Source of the DNA: a virus
IMG/VR virus record: IMGVR_UViG_3300027719_000006
Strand: one strand, 5' to 3'
Length of the DNA: 61,295 bases
The stretch's first letter is position 1. The number at the start of each line of letters is the position of its first letter. Positions 43,383-52,822 of the stretch are shown here, piece by piece. The notes under the pieces were generated by a model that ran no database searches, was not told where the DNA came from, and was given only the letters and a program-made list of their open reading frames with translations. The translations under genes were made by a program, and so were the position numbers.

Positions 43383-45599
43383 ATGACTACTCAAATTTGC
43401 AATCCCTCTCAATTAGAGGGAAAACTTAGATATCCTCATAACTACGAATACAAATATCATGAAGATAAATTTTTAGATGGGACATATGTTTATATAGAAA
43501 ATGGTGAAGCTCCACCAATATATGAGCATTTGTGCCATCAGAGAATAAGTGTAACAGGAAAATTTTATTCAATTGAAAATAATAGTTATTGTTTTGAAAT
43601 AAAAGTTGAAGATGTCTTCACTAACGAATATGGAATAATACAATCAAAAACAAATGTTGAAATATGCAGTGGTTCAACATTAACAGCTAAAAATTCTATA
43701 ATTAAGTTTTTATCAGATAAATTAGACATTTCAATAACAGAACTTAACTATAAACATTATGTTAAATTTTTTGTTGAGTTTTTAAAAATTAATAAAAATA
43801 ATTTAACAACAAAAAAGTCAACTTCAAGATTAGGATGGCATGATGATTTATTTGCTTCTGTAGATTCAGAATTATGTTACGATTTTTCTTCGGACAGTGG
43901 TTCATTTAGAAGCATGACTAATAATGTAAAACCAAAGGGAACGCTTAAAAGGTGGAAAGAAGTTATAAGAAGATATACTGCATATAAAGATTTTAATTTC
44001 ATAATGGGAACATCTATGGCAAGTGTATTATTAAAACCTCTTGGAGTAAGAAGTTATACAATCATTCCAATGGGCGATAGTGAAAATGGAAAAACATTCG
44101 CAGCTCATTGCGGATTAAGCATATATGGAAAACCTAGCTTTTTAAAAATTGGATCTAATGATACACAAAATGCAATATTAGAAAAAGCATATAGGTATCA
44201 AAACATATGCTTATTGATTGATGATCCTTATCGAAAAGGTAATGATAGTAAGGGCGTTATTGATTTTTACGCAATTGCTAATGAAAAAAATAGAGGAAGG
44301 CTAAACAAAGAATCCCAGTTGACTAAAGAAAAAAGCTGGAGACTCACAAGTATAATAACTACTGAATCTGCATTGATAAAAGATAATGCACAAGCCGGAG
44401 AACACAATAGAATACTGGAATACTATACGAAAAAAATGTACAAAAAAGAAGACCAAAAGCAGGTTGAAAGAGATTATGAACATCTGGAAGAAAATTATGG
44501 CTTAGTGCTGCCAATGGTTATAGACCTATTAAAAGAAATACCTATTGACCAATTAAAGCAGATATTGTTCTTAATTGAAGATGCTTTAAGTGATAAATTT
44601 GAAAACGGAAAACTCAAGGCACATATTAAAAGTGTAGCTATGTCTTGCTTAGGTTCATATATTCTTAATAAATATTTTCTTGAAACAAAAAAGGAGGACA
44701 ACAAATTACTTATGGAGTCAATAGAACTCGGAACATTTATTCTTGACAAGCTTATCGACAAAAAGGATTCTGTAACAGGTAAGGTTGCATTAGAAGAAAC
44801 ATATAACTTCTTCTCAACTAATTATCAAAAGTTTCAAAATGACGTGTTAAACGAAAGATTTGGAACTCTAAATGAATCAAAGATTATTTTCATAATTGCA
44901 CCACTTAAAAAGTATCTTGAAAATTTAGGATATAACTTTAAGGATTTCAAGAAATATGCAATTGATAATAAATTAGCAGAATATAAACAATTGCGAATAA
45001 ATGGAGTTGCAACATGGAGGCTTGTAATACCTCTAGAACAACCAAATGATAATAATGACAATAATACTACAAATAAAAAGATAACACTATTTTACACAGA
45101 TTATAGCTCCTTAGAAGTTAAGTCTGTGACTTTAGACATGAACAATAAAAAAGATGTTGCATGTCTTGACACGGATATAAAATATTTCAAAATTGAGAAT
45201 AACAACATAATTCCATTTGATTTATCAGAATATATTGCAAAAGATGAAAAAGCTGTCGAAATATTAAAAGAATACGCAGAGGAAAAAGAAGCAAAAATTG
45301 CTATAAATAGGGGAAATGATTTGTCGGCAATGATAACAGAAAATGAAATTGAACAGTCGAATGAAGAACTATTAGAGTTTGACATTAATACAGGAGAACT
45401 CAAAGAAGTCAAAGTTGTAGAACCTAATCGTGTTTACATATCTCGAAAAACGTATAATATAACAACACCACGTTTTACAGTGTCGACATATAAAAGTATT
45501 TATGTACAAAATTTGACACGACTAGGTGTCCGGTTAGGAGAAAACATTGAGAATTTAATTTTAAGATTAGCTGAATCGGCTAACTTGAATTTTGAATAA
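43383..45599 (+). CDS. DUF927-type SF3 replicative helicase / primase-helicase-like protein (738 aa)
   Basis: SRLGWHDDLF, then Walker A MGDSENGKTF, Walker B ICLLIDDP, and NEKNRGRL...WRLTSIITTESAL follow the DUF927 pattern. RBS gaggtg. Confidence 0.7.
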   Translation: MTTQICNPSQLEGKLRYPHNYEYKYHEDKFLDGTYVYIENGEAPPIYEHLCHQRISVTGKFYSIENNSYCFEIKVEDVFTNEYGIIQSKTNVEICSGSTLTAKNSIIKFLSDKLDISITELNYKHYVKFFVEFLKINKNNLTTKKSTSRLGWHDDLFASVDSELCYDFSSDSGSFRSMTNNVKPKGTLKRWKEVIRRYTAYKDFNFIMGTSMASVLLKPLGVRSYTIIPMGDSENGKTFAAHCGLSIYGKPSFLKIGSNDTQNAILEKAYRYQNICLLIDDPYRKGNDSKGVIDFYAIANEKNRGRLNKESQLTKEKSWRLTSIITTESALIKDNAQAGEHNRILEYYTKKMYKKEDQKQVERDYEHLEENYGLVLPMVIDLLKEIPIDQLKQILFLIEDALSDKFENGKLKAHIKSVAMSCLGSYILNKYFLETKKEDNKLLMESIELGTFILDKLIDKKDSVTGKVALEETYNFFSTNYQKFQNDVLNERFGTLNESKIIFIIAPLKKYLENLGYNFKDFKKYAIDNKLAEYKQLRINGVATWRLVIPLEQPNDNNDNNTTNKKITLFYTDYSSLEVKSVTLDMNNKKDVACLDTDIKYFKIENNNIIPFDLSEYIAKDEKAVEILKEYAEEKEAKIAINRGNDLSAMITENEIEQSNEELLEFDINTGELKEVKVVEPNRVYISRKTYNITTPRFTVSTYKSIYVQNLTRLGVRLGENIENLILRLAESANLNFE

Positions 45600-45627
45600 A
45601 TAAAACATGAAAAGGAAGTGTAATCAA

Positions 45628-45936
45628 ATGAGTCACATGATATTTGCACGTAAAAATTCAAAAGATAAGACAGATAACGAAATACTATTTGATGGAATAG
45701 AAATTGCAGAATTAAATTATAGTATGTCAAATAATAATTCATATATACCATATGCATTATTGAATTCGTTAGAAAATCATGGCGGAGTTTCTGGAAATGG
45801 TGAGAGGAAAGAATATACTTTTGAAGATATTCAAAATGCATTAAAAAATATTGAAAAAGTTAAAGATTTTTTTACACAAATAGAAAAAGAAATGGATAGT
45901 GATAATTTAAATAAAATAACTATATGGTGGGGATAA
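45628..45936 (+). CDS. hypothetical protein (102 aa; 109 aa if ATG 45607 is used)
   Basis: ATG 45628 lies 9 nt after aaggaag. ATG 45607 has no RBS. Confidence 0.5.
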   Translation: MSHMIFARKNSKDKTDNEILFDGIEIAELNYSMSNNNSYIPYALLNSLENHGGVSGNGERKEYTFEDIQNALKNIEKVKDFFTQIEKEMDSDNLNKITIWWG

Positions 45937-45937
45937 A

Positions 45938-46096
45938 ATGAATATATATGGGGACAAAGAATCAGATCAGAGAAATGAATTAAAAGATATGAAAATATTA
46001 TTAGAAAAATTAAATAAAAAGATTGATACTCAAAATATGTTAATTCTAATATATTTTATTCTATTGATTATTTGTATAGGTGCGATACAGATATAA
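45938..46096 (+). CDS. small protein (52 aa) with a C-terminal TM; paralogue of 46127..46291
   Basis: Hand-translated as MNIYGDKESDQRNELKDMKILLEKLNKKIDTQNMLILIYFILLIICIGAIQI. Shares the motif (D)xKxxLEKLNKxIxTQN with the next ORF. Confidence 0.45.
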   Translation: MNIYGDKESDQRNELKDMKILLEKLNKKIDTQNMLILIYFILLIICIGAIQI

Positions 46097-46126
46097 ATAA
46101 ATTTAAAGAGACTGGAGAAATTTTAT

Positions 46127-46291
46127 ATGGACAACACATTCACAAGCAACATGAAAGACATCAAGGAGATGCTTGAAAAGTTAAACAAGAATATTGAAAC
46201 ACAAAATAAGTTAGCTTTTATTAATTTACTGGATACTAAAGACCCGATGAGAATAAGGCTGCTTACGCAGTTAAGAAATGAGTTGTTTTAG
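46127..46291 (+). CDS. small protein (54 aa), paralogue of 45938..46096
   Basis: Hand-translated as MDNTFTSNMKDIKEMLEKLNKNIETQNKLAFINLL... RBS ggagaaa. Confidence 0.45.
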   Translation: MDNTFTSNMKDIKEMLEKLNKNIETQNKLAFINLLDTKDPMRIRLLTQLRNELF

Positions 46292-46293
46292 AA

Positions 46294-46461
46294 ATGACAA
46301 ATAAGGAACTATATAAATATTATAAAGATAAGAAAATATGTCCATGGTGCAAGAAAAACAAAGCAGTCAAGGGAAAAGTAAAATGTCTTATATGCTTAAT
46401 GGATGATAGAGAATACAGAACACAAAAGAGAGAAAATTTAAAATTATTAAATAGTAGGTGA
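46294..46461 (+). CDS. small zinc-ribbon protein (55 aa)
   Basis: Hand-translated. Contains CPWC...CLIC. Starts 2 nt after the previous stop. Confidence 0.45.
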   Translation: MTNKELYKYYKDKKICPWCKKNKAVKGKVKCLICLMDDREYRTQKRENLKLLNSR

Positions 46462-46468
46462 AAATAAA

Positions 46469-46801
46469 ATGATGAATGATAGATTATATGATTTTATTGC
46501 TAATAATATGCATACTTTTGATAAGCAAACTAGAATGTTATCAATTGCTAATATTAAAAATATGAGCAATGATTATTCAGAAGACGAGTTGAATAAATAT
46601 GATACTCAAAAATTAATATGCTTAGAACAAATAATTAAATATGGAATAGGAATAGAAAAACATGATAAATTAATAGACTTATCATATAAAGTAGATTTTA
46701 ATAGATTTTTAGCAATATTAAGACTACAAACCGAAACAAATATTTATAATAAAGATAAATTAGTTAATATGTCAAAAATAAATTTAGTTATAAAAGATTA
46801 A
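46469..46801 (+). CDS. hypothetical protein (110 aa)
   Basis: ORF track. RBS aggtga. Confidence 0.55.
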   Translation: MMNDRLYDFIANNMHTFDKQTRMLSIANIKNMSNDYSEDELNKYDTQKLICLEQIIKYGIGIEKHDKLIDLSYKVDFNRFLAILRLQTETNIYNKDKLVNMSKINLVIKD

Positions 46802-46820
46802 TTAGAAAGTGGGAATTAAG

Positions 46821-46940
46821 ATGAAAATTTTAGATTATTTATATGAAAAGTTTCAAAAGAGTATTACGCCAAAGCAAAAGATGATTGCAATTTTTACTAG
46901 AAAAAAGATGATATATAAAATAAAAAAGACCTTATCATAA
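46821..46940 (+). CDS. possible small basic protein (39 aa)
   Basis: Hand-translated. RBS gtgggaattaag. The stop lies inside the terminator hairpin. Confidence 0.35.
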   Translation: MKILDYLYEKFQKSITPKQKMIAIFTRKKMIYKIKKTLS

Positions 46941-46950
46941 GGTCTTTTTT
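46922..46950. terminator. bidirectional rho-independent terminator at the end of the plus-strand island
   Basis: Stem aaagacctta (46925..46934) / taaggtcttt (46938..46947), with a 3-nt loop and A and T runs. Confidence 0.8.
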
Positions 46951-47156
46951 ATAGTTAACTTTTTAACTGTGAGTAATTCATTTATAGACTTACCGTTTTT
47001 CAATTGCACTTCTAATATTTCAAGTGCAGTATCTAGCAACACTGATTGGTTGAGTCTAGTGATTTCCTTTAACCGGACAATCCTTTGTACTTCATCCGGA
47101 TTAACTTTAAATGTTTTAGTAATGTCGAATTTATTTCTATTAATTAAACTTTTCAT
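46935..47156 (-). CDS. small protein (73 aa), possibly RHH-like
   Basis: ATGA overlap with the ParB-like gene. TKTFKVNPDEVQRIVRLKEITRLNQSVLLDTALEIL fits a strand-helix-helix. Tentative. Confidence 0.45.
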   Translation of the reverse strand: MKSLINRNKFDITKTFKVNPDEVQRIVRLKEITRLNQSVLLDTALEILEVQLKNGKSINELLTVKKLTIKKTL

Positions 47157-47812
47157 GATATCGTGTCCTTTCTATCTTCAAAATTACTTTCATATTCCTC
47201 CCATGACCTAGAAAATTCATGATTGCCAAAAGCTTCCTTTAATCCAGTTATTTGTTTAAGTCTCAATACTTCTTCAAATGACATTCCTAGCTTTTTACAT
47301 ATATATTCATCTGTCCACCCACTACTTACTAACTCCAATACAATTCCACTCATTGACTTTATTTTATGAGTTCCTCTCGCTCTGTTATGTCTTATTGTGC
47401 TTCCTATTCTTTCGTCAATTTCTTTATCTATTGTTGTGACTGGAAGCCTTCCAAATGTTCTTTTATATATATCCTTATGCTCATTACATATTCTATTTCT
47501 ATGAAACCCATCAACTATCTCTCTGTTACCTGTATCCATTTTATAGGTTACCACTGGTTGAGTATATCCATCTGACTTTATTGATTCATAAAGTAATTTC
47601 ATCTCAGGTCCAGCAACTTGGTTTGGATTATATTCATTTGCTTGTATATTTTCAATTTTTTCCCATAGCACGCAGTCAATAGGTTCATTGATTGGTGATA
47701 TTTTATGTAAACTACTTTTAATCATATTTAATGTATCTATTTTATTATCATCATCAAGTAAACTTATTTCATCAATTATTATTTTTAAAGCCTCTTCTAT
47801 TTTATTGTTCAT
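47153..47812 (-). CDS. ParB-like N-terminal (nuclease/NTPase-type) domain protein, IbrB-like (219 aa)
   Basis: IQANEYNPNQV...LLYESIKSDGYTQPVVTY...EIVDGFHRNRI is the ParB/Srx signature. ATG 47812 lies 9 nt after ggagg. Overlaps the PAPS-reductase-like gene. Confidence 0.7.
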   Translation of the reverse strand: MNNKIEEALKIIIDEISLLDDDNKIDTLNMIKSSLHKISPINEPIDCVLWEKIENIQANEYNPNQVAGPEMKLLYESIKSDGYTQPVVTYKMDTGNREIVDGFHRNRICNEHKDIYKRTFGRLPVTTIDKEIDERIGSTIRHNRARGTHKIKSMSGIVLELVSSGWTDEYICKKLGMSFEEVLRLKQITGLKEAFGNHEFSRSWEEYESNFEDRKDTIS

Positions 47813-49103
47813 TTTCAATTTCCTCCTTTAGTCTTGCCATTTCCTTAGTATTTGTAGGAATTGACAATAATTCTTTCCATTTTGATTTTAAATTTCTCAT
47901 GTCATTTTTGTCTGCTTTTGTAATTCCATAGTTGCATCCAGTTAAAGCAAAATCATTTTTTTCTATACATTTGGCTATTCTTTTCCATTGAATCCATCTT
48001 CCATTTTCTCTTCCTATTATTTCTTTTACAGTTTTTTTATCGATTTCATCAGGTATTTCGCTTTGATGTTTTATTCTGTTTTCTTTAATGTAGTGGTCAA
48101 TATATATTCTTATTTTTCTATAGTAATGCTTTTCTAACTCGTTGCAGTATAGACCAAGGCTTTCTAATAAAAAAACTGTATATTGCTCCCATGTCATATG
48201 ATTTGGTTTTTCTGTTCCATTGTTTCCTAATAAAGTTGTTTTTGCATACAATGCCCCAAAATTAGCTCCAGAAACTCTATTAACAATTTTTTCCCATGTA
48301 TCAGGTTCAAATTTAGCCCATTGGTTTAAACTATTTTTTTGTGACAATCCAAATGGCTGAGCTATCCTAGATTCATGAATTGACATTCCAGACTTAAACA
48401 TTAATTCATACACATAATTATATGAAAAATTGTATTTAGAAACACATCCCCATATATCTTGAGTTGACCAATCATAGATAGGATAAAAACTATAGCAACC
48501 ATTAAAATTATCTGTACTCCAATATAAATTTTTATACATATTTTTGCCAAGGGCAATAGCCCTAAACCTATTCAGACTTTCATCTGCTCTTATACCTTGT
48601 AGATTTGCAATCTTGTTAGTTTTGTTTATATGCTTGTACCAATTTGTAAAAGCCTCAAACATTCCCCTAAGGAACAAATCATTTACAAAATATTTATCAA
48701 AATTTTCAGGATAATTATTTTTATTAATTGAATCTTTTGGTAATTTTCTAACCCATTTCTTTTTAAATTTTTCATCCCAAGGATACCAGAATCTATCAAA
48801 AACACTAGTAGCATTATTAGCCTTAAATGACCAACATATGTGATAGAAATTTTTAATATTTGACAACTTTTTAAGTTCATATATATGATTTATAGTAGCC
48901 TCATATTGGGCTTCGTAATCGATAAACATAACATCAAAAGTTCTATTTCTTTCAATAGCTACTTTATTTAATAATTGAACTAATGTACTGCTATCTTTTC
49001 CACCAGATAGGCTTATGTATATATGCTCAAATTCATCAAAGATTAAATTAATTCTTTCAATTGAAGCATCATATACATTTTTATTAGTATATATTTTACC
49101 CAT
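47802..49103 (-). CDS. PAPS reductase-like PP-loop ATPase with a DUF3440-like C-terminus, IbrA-like (433 aa)
   Basis: PP-loop motif YISLSGGKDSSTL, plus GIRADESLNR. The long C-terminal extension is typical of IbrA-type proteins. RBS ggaggtg. Confidence 0.7.
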   Translation of the reverse strand: MGKIYTNKNVYDASIERINLIFDEFEHIYISLSGGKDSSTLVQLLNKVAIERNRTFDVMFIDYEAQYEATINHIYELKKLSNIKNFYHICWSFKANNATSVFDRFWYPWDEKFKKKWVRKLPKDSINKNNYPENFDKYFVNDLFLRGMFEAFTNWYKHINKTNKIANLQGIRADESLNRFRAIALGKNMYKNLYWSTDNFNGCYSFYPIYDWSTQDIWGCVSKYNFSYNYVYELMFKSGMSIHESRIAQPFGLSQKNSLNQWAKFEPDTWEKIVNRVSGANFGALYAKTTLLGNNGTEKPNHMTWEQYTVFLLESLGLYCNELEKHYYRKIRIYIDHYIKENRIKHQSEIPDEIDKKTVKEIIGRENGRWIQWKRIAKCIEKNDFALTGCNYGITKADKNDMRNLKSKWKELLSIPTNTKEMARLKEEIENEQ

Positions 49104-49133
49104 GTTCCCACCTCCATTTATATTAATATAATA

Positions 49134-50507
49134 TTACTTTATATTACTTTTATCAATACTTTTATCATTCTTATAATAATCAATCCACTTCTTAAAATTC
49201 TCAACCATGGATTCTTTTTTAAATAAGCAATTCAATATTTGTCTATCTACCGTACCAGTTGCATATATGTCATAAATATAAACTTCATCTTCCTGTCCAA
49301 TTCTATGTATTCTGTCTTCTGATTGCATTCTTGTAGCAAAATCAAAATCATTCGAATAATAAATAGCATTTCTACAAAATTGAAGATTAAGCCCATATCC
49401 TGCACATGTTTTATTTGCTATAAAAAATTGTGTTTCATTGCTAAATTTATTTATAGCCTCAATTCTATTTTTCTTTGTTACTGCTCCGTAAAATTCAACA
49501 ACTGAATCAGATCCAAATCTATCTTTGCAATATTGAGAAATCATTTTTATTTCATCAGTGTATTTACACCAGATGATACACTTATCTGTTACTATCCAGT
49601 TATCTAAAGTTTTAATTAATTCAATCATCCTTGGATTATCCATATAATCTTTAAAAAATGGTTTAGTCTTAATTCTATCTTTATATTCAGATACAATTTT
49701 TCTGCCACTCACAACATGTTGCAATGCTGTAAATAAACGATATATTGTTGTAGAATCATATTCATCAACTTGCATTAAAAAAGCATCTAGTACTTCGGCA
49801 TAATGTTCTTGTTGCTTGCCAGTTAAATAAAATCTGTACTCTTTATAATGCTTAGTTGGCAAACTTAGACAATCTGATTTCTTCACCTGATAAGTATATG
49901 GTGCTATTTTCTTACTAAGATAGTCAACATTTAAGGTTTTTCTTATTCTGCCATAATCATCATATTCAAGATGATTAGCAGCAAATGACCAAAACGATTT
50001 ATATCCTAGTATTCTCCAGTCTAAAATATACCATTGAGAGAATAAATCAGCTTCATTTTTGCTTACTGGTGTTCCATTTAAAATAAGTTTGTATTGACAT
50101 AATTCTGCTAGTCTTTGTATATTTTTAGTCCTCATTGCTGAAGGATTTTTGACTAAATTAGATTCATCTATCACAAGATAAGTTTTATATTGACTAACTA
50201 ATCTAAGTAATAATGAATTTAATCTAATCGAGCTTGATAAACTTTCTATTCCATATACAAAAATAATATTTGAATAATCATCCCCAATATGCTTATTCAA
50301 CTCTTTGACTATTTCTGACTTAACAGAACAAGGACATAACCATAAAACTTTATCAACCTTATTATTTTCTAATCTAAGATTGATAAGTTCTAAGGCTGTC
50401 CTTGTTTTACCTGTGCCTTGTTCCATATATAAAGCACCAATCTTTATCTTGGACAATTTTTCTATTGCAATAGACTGGTGCTCTAATAATTTAGATAACA
50501 GTTTCAT
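49134..50507 (-). CDS. SNF2-family helicase (457 aa)
   Basis: Motif I MEQGTGKTRTALE, motif II LVIDESNLVKN, and C-terminal helicase motifs (GLNLQ, QSEDRIHRIGQ). Confidence 0.8.
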   Translation of the reverse strand: MKLLSKLLEHQSIAIEKLSKIKIGALYMEQGTGKTRTALELINLRLENNKVDKVLWLCPCSVKSEIVKELNKHIGDDYSNIIFVYGIESLSSSIRLNSLLLRLVSQYKTYLVIDESNLVKNPSAMRTKNIQRLAELCQYKLILNGTPVSKNEADLFSQWYILDWRILGYKSFWSFAANHLEYDDYGRIRKTLNVDYLSKKIAPYTYQVKKSDCLSLPTKHYKEYRFYLTGKQQEHYAEVLDAFLMQVDEYDSTTIYRLFTALQHVVSGRKIVSEYKDRIKTKPFFKDYMDNPRMIELIKTLDNWIVTDKCIIWCKYTDEIKMISQYCKDRFGSDSVVEFYGAVTKKNRIEAINKFSNETQFFIANKTCAGYGLNLQFCRNAIYYSNDFDFATRMQSEDRIHRIGQEDEVYIYDIYATGTVDRQILNCLFKKESMVENFKKWIDYYKNDKSIDKSNIK

Positions 50508-50508
50508 T

Positions 50509-51663
50509 TTAATTGGAATCCTTTAAGTCATCTAAAATATCAACATTGCTGTTTAATATTTCTTCTAACTTATTTAATTCTTTATCTCTATTTTTTGAGG
50601 ATAATATTTTTTCAACTTTGAAGCTATCTTTATATTTTTCCATAGCTTCAACAGCCATTGGAGAAAACTTATATCCAAACATATCAGCAAAGTCTTTAAC
50701 CTCTTTCCATGCTGATAAGTCAATATGTGTTTTTCCATTAACATATTTTTGTGTTGGCAACTTTCTACTTTTCTCATAGTTATTTATGACTAGTTTTTTA
50801 TCTCTTGAATTAAACTTAATCCACTTAGTAAATTCTGGTATAAACATTGCGTTAATAGCTGATTGAATAACTTTATCATTTTCAAATTTTACAGGATAAC
50901 CATTTTTAAGAAAATGATTTCCGACTTCTGAAATTCTATCAATTGCATCATTATTTAATAATTCAAGTTGTTTTTCCCATTTATAACTACCACTATTCCA
51001 TTTATACCCATCTAGTCTTTTTATTAAATCAACCATATCTCTATCATAATCAAACTTGACTTCGATAGATTCTTTATTTGAAGTTATTTCAACAACATTA
51101 TGAGAAATTTCGTTTTCTGGATGAACAATTAATTCTTCGTTGATTTCATTCTCTATTTCTTTTTCAACTTTATTTTCAATAGATAGTTGAATATAAAGCT
51201 TATAGAACATACCTAACACAATAATAGTCTGCAAGCTTCTATTATCTATATACCATTTTGCAGATTTAAAATTATTAATAATAAAATCAACTAATTCTAC
51301 TGAATTAATTTGTTTCATATTTGAAAATACACTCATCTCATTTTCAAATACTCTAAAGTTTCCATTTTCAGAATCAAGATAAATAATTTTATTATCTATA
51401 TAATCAATCCATTTTTGTCTAAGCGTATTTGCCCAGATAACTTGTTTTTCACTACCTGATAATGCAGGCAATTCCATTTCTTTTGATTTTTCAGCAGCAG
51501 CAGCATTTTCTTTTTCTACTTTTCTTAAAAACGCTTCTTTGGCACATTCTTCGCAAAGGTTGTCAAATTTACCATCTGCAATATATTGTCTGTTTTTTAC
51601 TGGTCCAATTATATTTACTTTTCCTTCGTGCCCACATCTGAATTCTCCATAATACCATGCCAT
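50509..51663 (-). CDS. hypothetical protein (384 aa) with an N-terminal Cys/His zinc-ribbon-like segment
   Basis: ATG 51663 lies 8 nt after ggagg; the tracked start is a TTG inside the RBS. Motifs FRCGHEG...CEEC, then LSGSEKQVIWANTLRQ. Confidence 0.6.
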   Translation of the reverse strand: MAWYYGEFRCGHEGKVNIIGPVKNRQYIADGKFDNLCEECAKEAFLRKVEKENAAAAEKSKEMELPALSGSEKQVIWANTLRQKWIDYIDNKIIYLDSENGNFRVFENEMSVFSNMKQINSVELVDFIINNFKSAKWYIDNRSLQTIIVLGMFYKLYIQLSIENKVEKEIENEINEELIVHPENEISHNVVEITSNKESIEVKFDYDRDMVDLIKRLDGYKWNSGSYKWEKQLELLNNDAIDRISEVGNHFLKNGYPVKFENDKVIQSAINAMFIPEFTKWIKFNSRDKKLVINNYEKSRKLPTQKYVNGKTHIDLSAWKEVKDFADMFGYKFSPMAVEAMEKYKDSFKVEKILSSKNRDKELNKLEEILNSNVDILDDLKDSN

Positions 51664-51967
51664 AATTAATACCTCCAAAAATTTTATTTTTTTATCATAT
51701 AATAATTATACTACTTTATATTACTTTTGTACATACTTTTTAAAAATATTATTTATCATAATTATCAAATTAGCCTCACAGTTTTATTTAGTCTTACATA
51801 TATCCATTTAAAAATCTGTGTTGTCTCCATAACCTCGATAATAAAAATAACGCCTGAACACTGCTGTATCACTACAATACAAGCGATAGCTTGAAAGCAT
51901 TGATATCACTGCATTTGAATAACATTAACATGTTTATAGATTTTTGAGTTGAAAATTAGACTAAAAT

Positions 51968-51992
51968 AAAAAGACTATGGATAAGTCTTTTT
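51968..51992. terminator. bidirectional rho-independent terminator at the end of the membrane/FtsK operon
   Basis: Stem aaaaagact (51968..51976) / agtcttttt (51984..51992). Confidence 0.65.
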
Positions 51993-52200
51993 ATTTTAAG
52001 ATACTGTCAATTATAAATTTGTTGAAATTATTTTTTGAATTTAGTTTTGATAAGTATACTATATCTTTAAATGCAACTATGAAGAATATTACTGATGAAA
52101 TTAATGTGATATATAAAAATTCTTGATAGTCTATTGCATGTGTGAATGTGATACCTATACAGAAACTGCATAATATAGTTTTAATTACTAGCAGATACAT
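51991..52200 (-). CDS. small two-TM membrane protein (69 aa)
   Basis: ORF track. RBS agaggtg. Confidence 0.55.
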   Translation of the reverse strand: MYLLVIKTILCSFCIGITFTHAIDYQEFLYITLISSVIFFIVAFKDIVYLSKLNSKNNFNKFIIDSILK

Positions 52201-52202
52201 TG

Positions 52203-52715
52203 CTACACCTCTATTTTATTATTTATTATATATTCTATAAACTTTTTTAATATAAAGAAAGCACAATTTTTCTTTTCTTTTATAAAAAATATGTCCATGT
52301 CAAAATCTCTTTTTAGTGAATTCAATGAACCTTTGTAACAATTCGGATGAAAGTTAGATCTATAGTTATGATTTTCAATATCTGCATACATTGCATCTTC
52401 TATCATCAATAATATCCTTGCTCCAATTTCATTAGCTCGTCTAAATTCGTTTTTGAATCGTTCTCTTTTATTAGGTTCACCTTTTTTGCCAGTTTGAAAA
52501 TTACTAGCCAATTCATTTAAACGTTTTCTTTCTACGGCAATTTTTTTTGTGAAGTCTAACGGATTTCCTTTTAATCGGAATCCATAATCACCAAAATTAA
52601 GCTTTTCTCTATAAAATTTTATATTGTAGTTTTTTAGGACTCTAGCAATATGCCAGAAGTCCTGTTCCCTTGTATCTATTATTATTTCTATATTACTTAA
52701 TATTTTCTTAACCAT
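52203..52715 (-). CDS. ERCC4-type (XPF/Mus81/Hef-like) nuclease, resolvase candidate (170 aa)
   Basis: Motifs IIIDTREQ, NFGDYGF and AVERKRLNELASN reproduce the ERCC4 catalytic motif order. Confidence 0.7.
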   Translation of the reverse strand: MVKKILSNIEIIIDTREQDFWHIARVLKNYNIKFYREKLNFGDYGFRLKGNPLDFTKKIAVERKRLNELASNFQTGKKGEPNKRERFKNEFRRANEIGARILLMIEDAMYADIENHNYRSNFHPNCYKGSLNSLKRDFDMDIFFIKEKKNCAFFILKKFIEYIINNKIEV

Positions 52716-52716
52716 T

Positions 52717-52821
52717 TTAGTTATCTCCCTGAACTAATTCTAAAGTTATATAAATGCTTGCACACAATATGATACATAAACATGTTTTAAATCCTTCAGT
52801 TAAAAGTAAATCTATAATCAT
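52717..52821 (-). CDS. possible 34-aa hydrophobic peptide
   Basis: Hand-translated as MIIDLLLTEGFKTCLCIILCASIYITLELVQGDN. It exactly fills the gap between the FtsK-like and ERCC4 genes. RBS gaggtg lies 8 nt upstream. Confidence 0.35.
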   Translation of the reverse strand: MIIDLLLTEGFKTCLCIILCASIYITLELVQGDN

Positions 52822-52822
52822 G

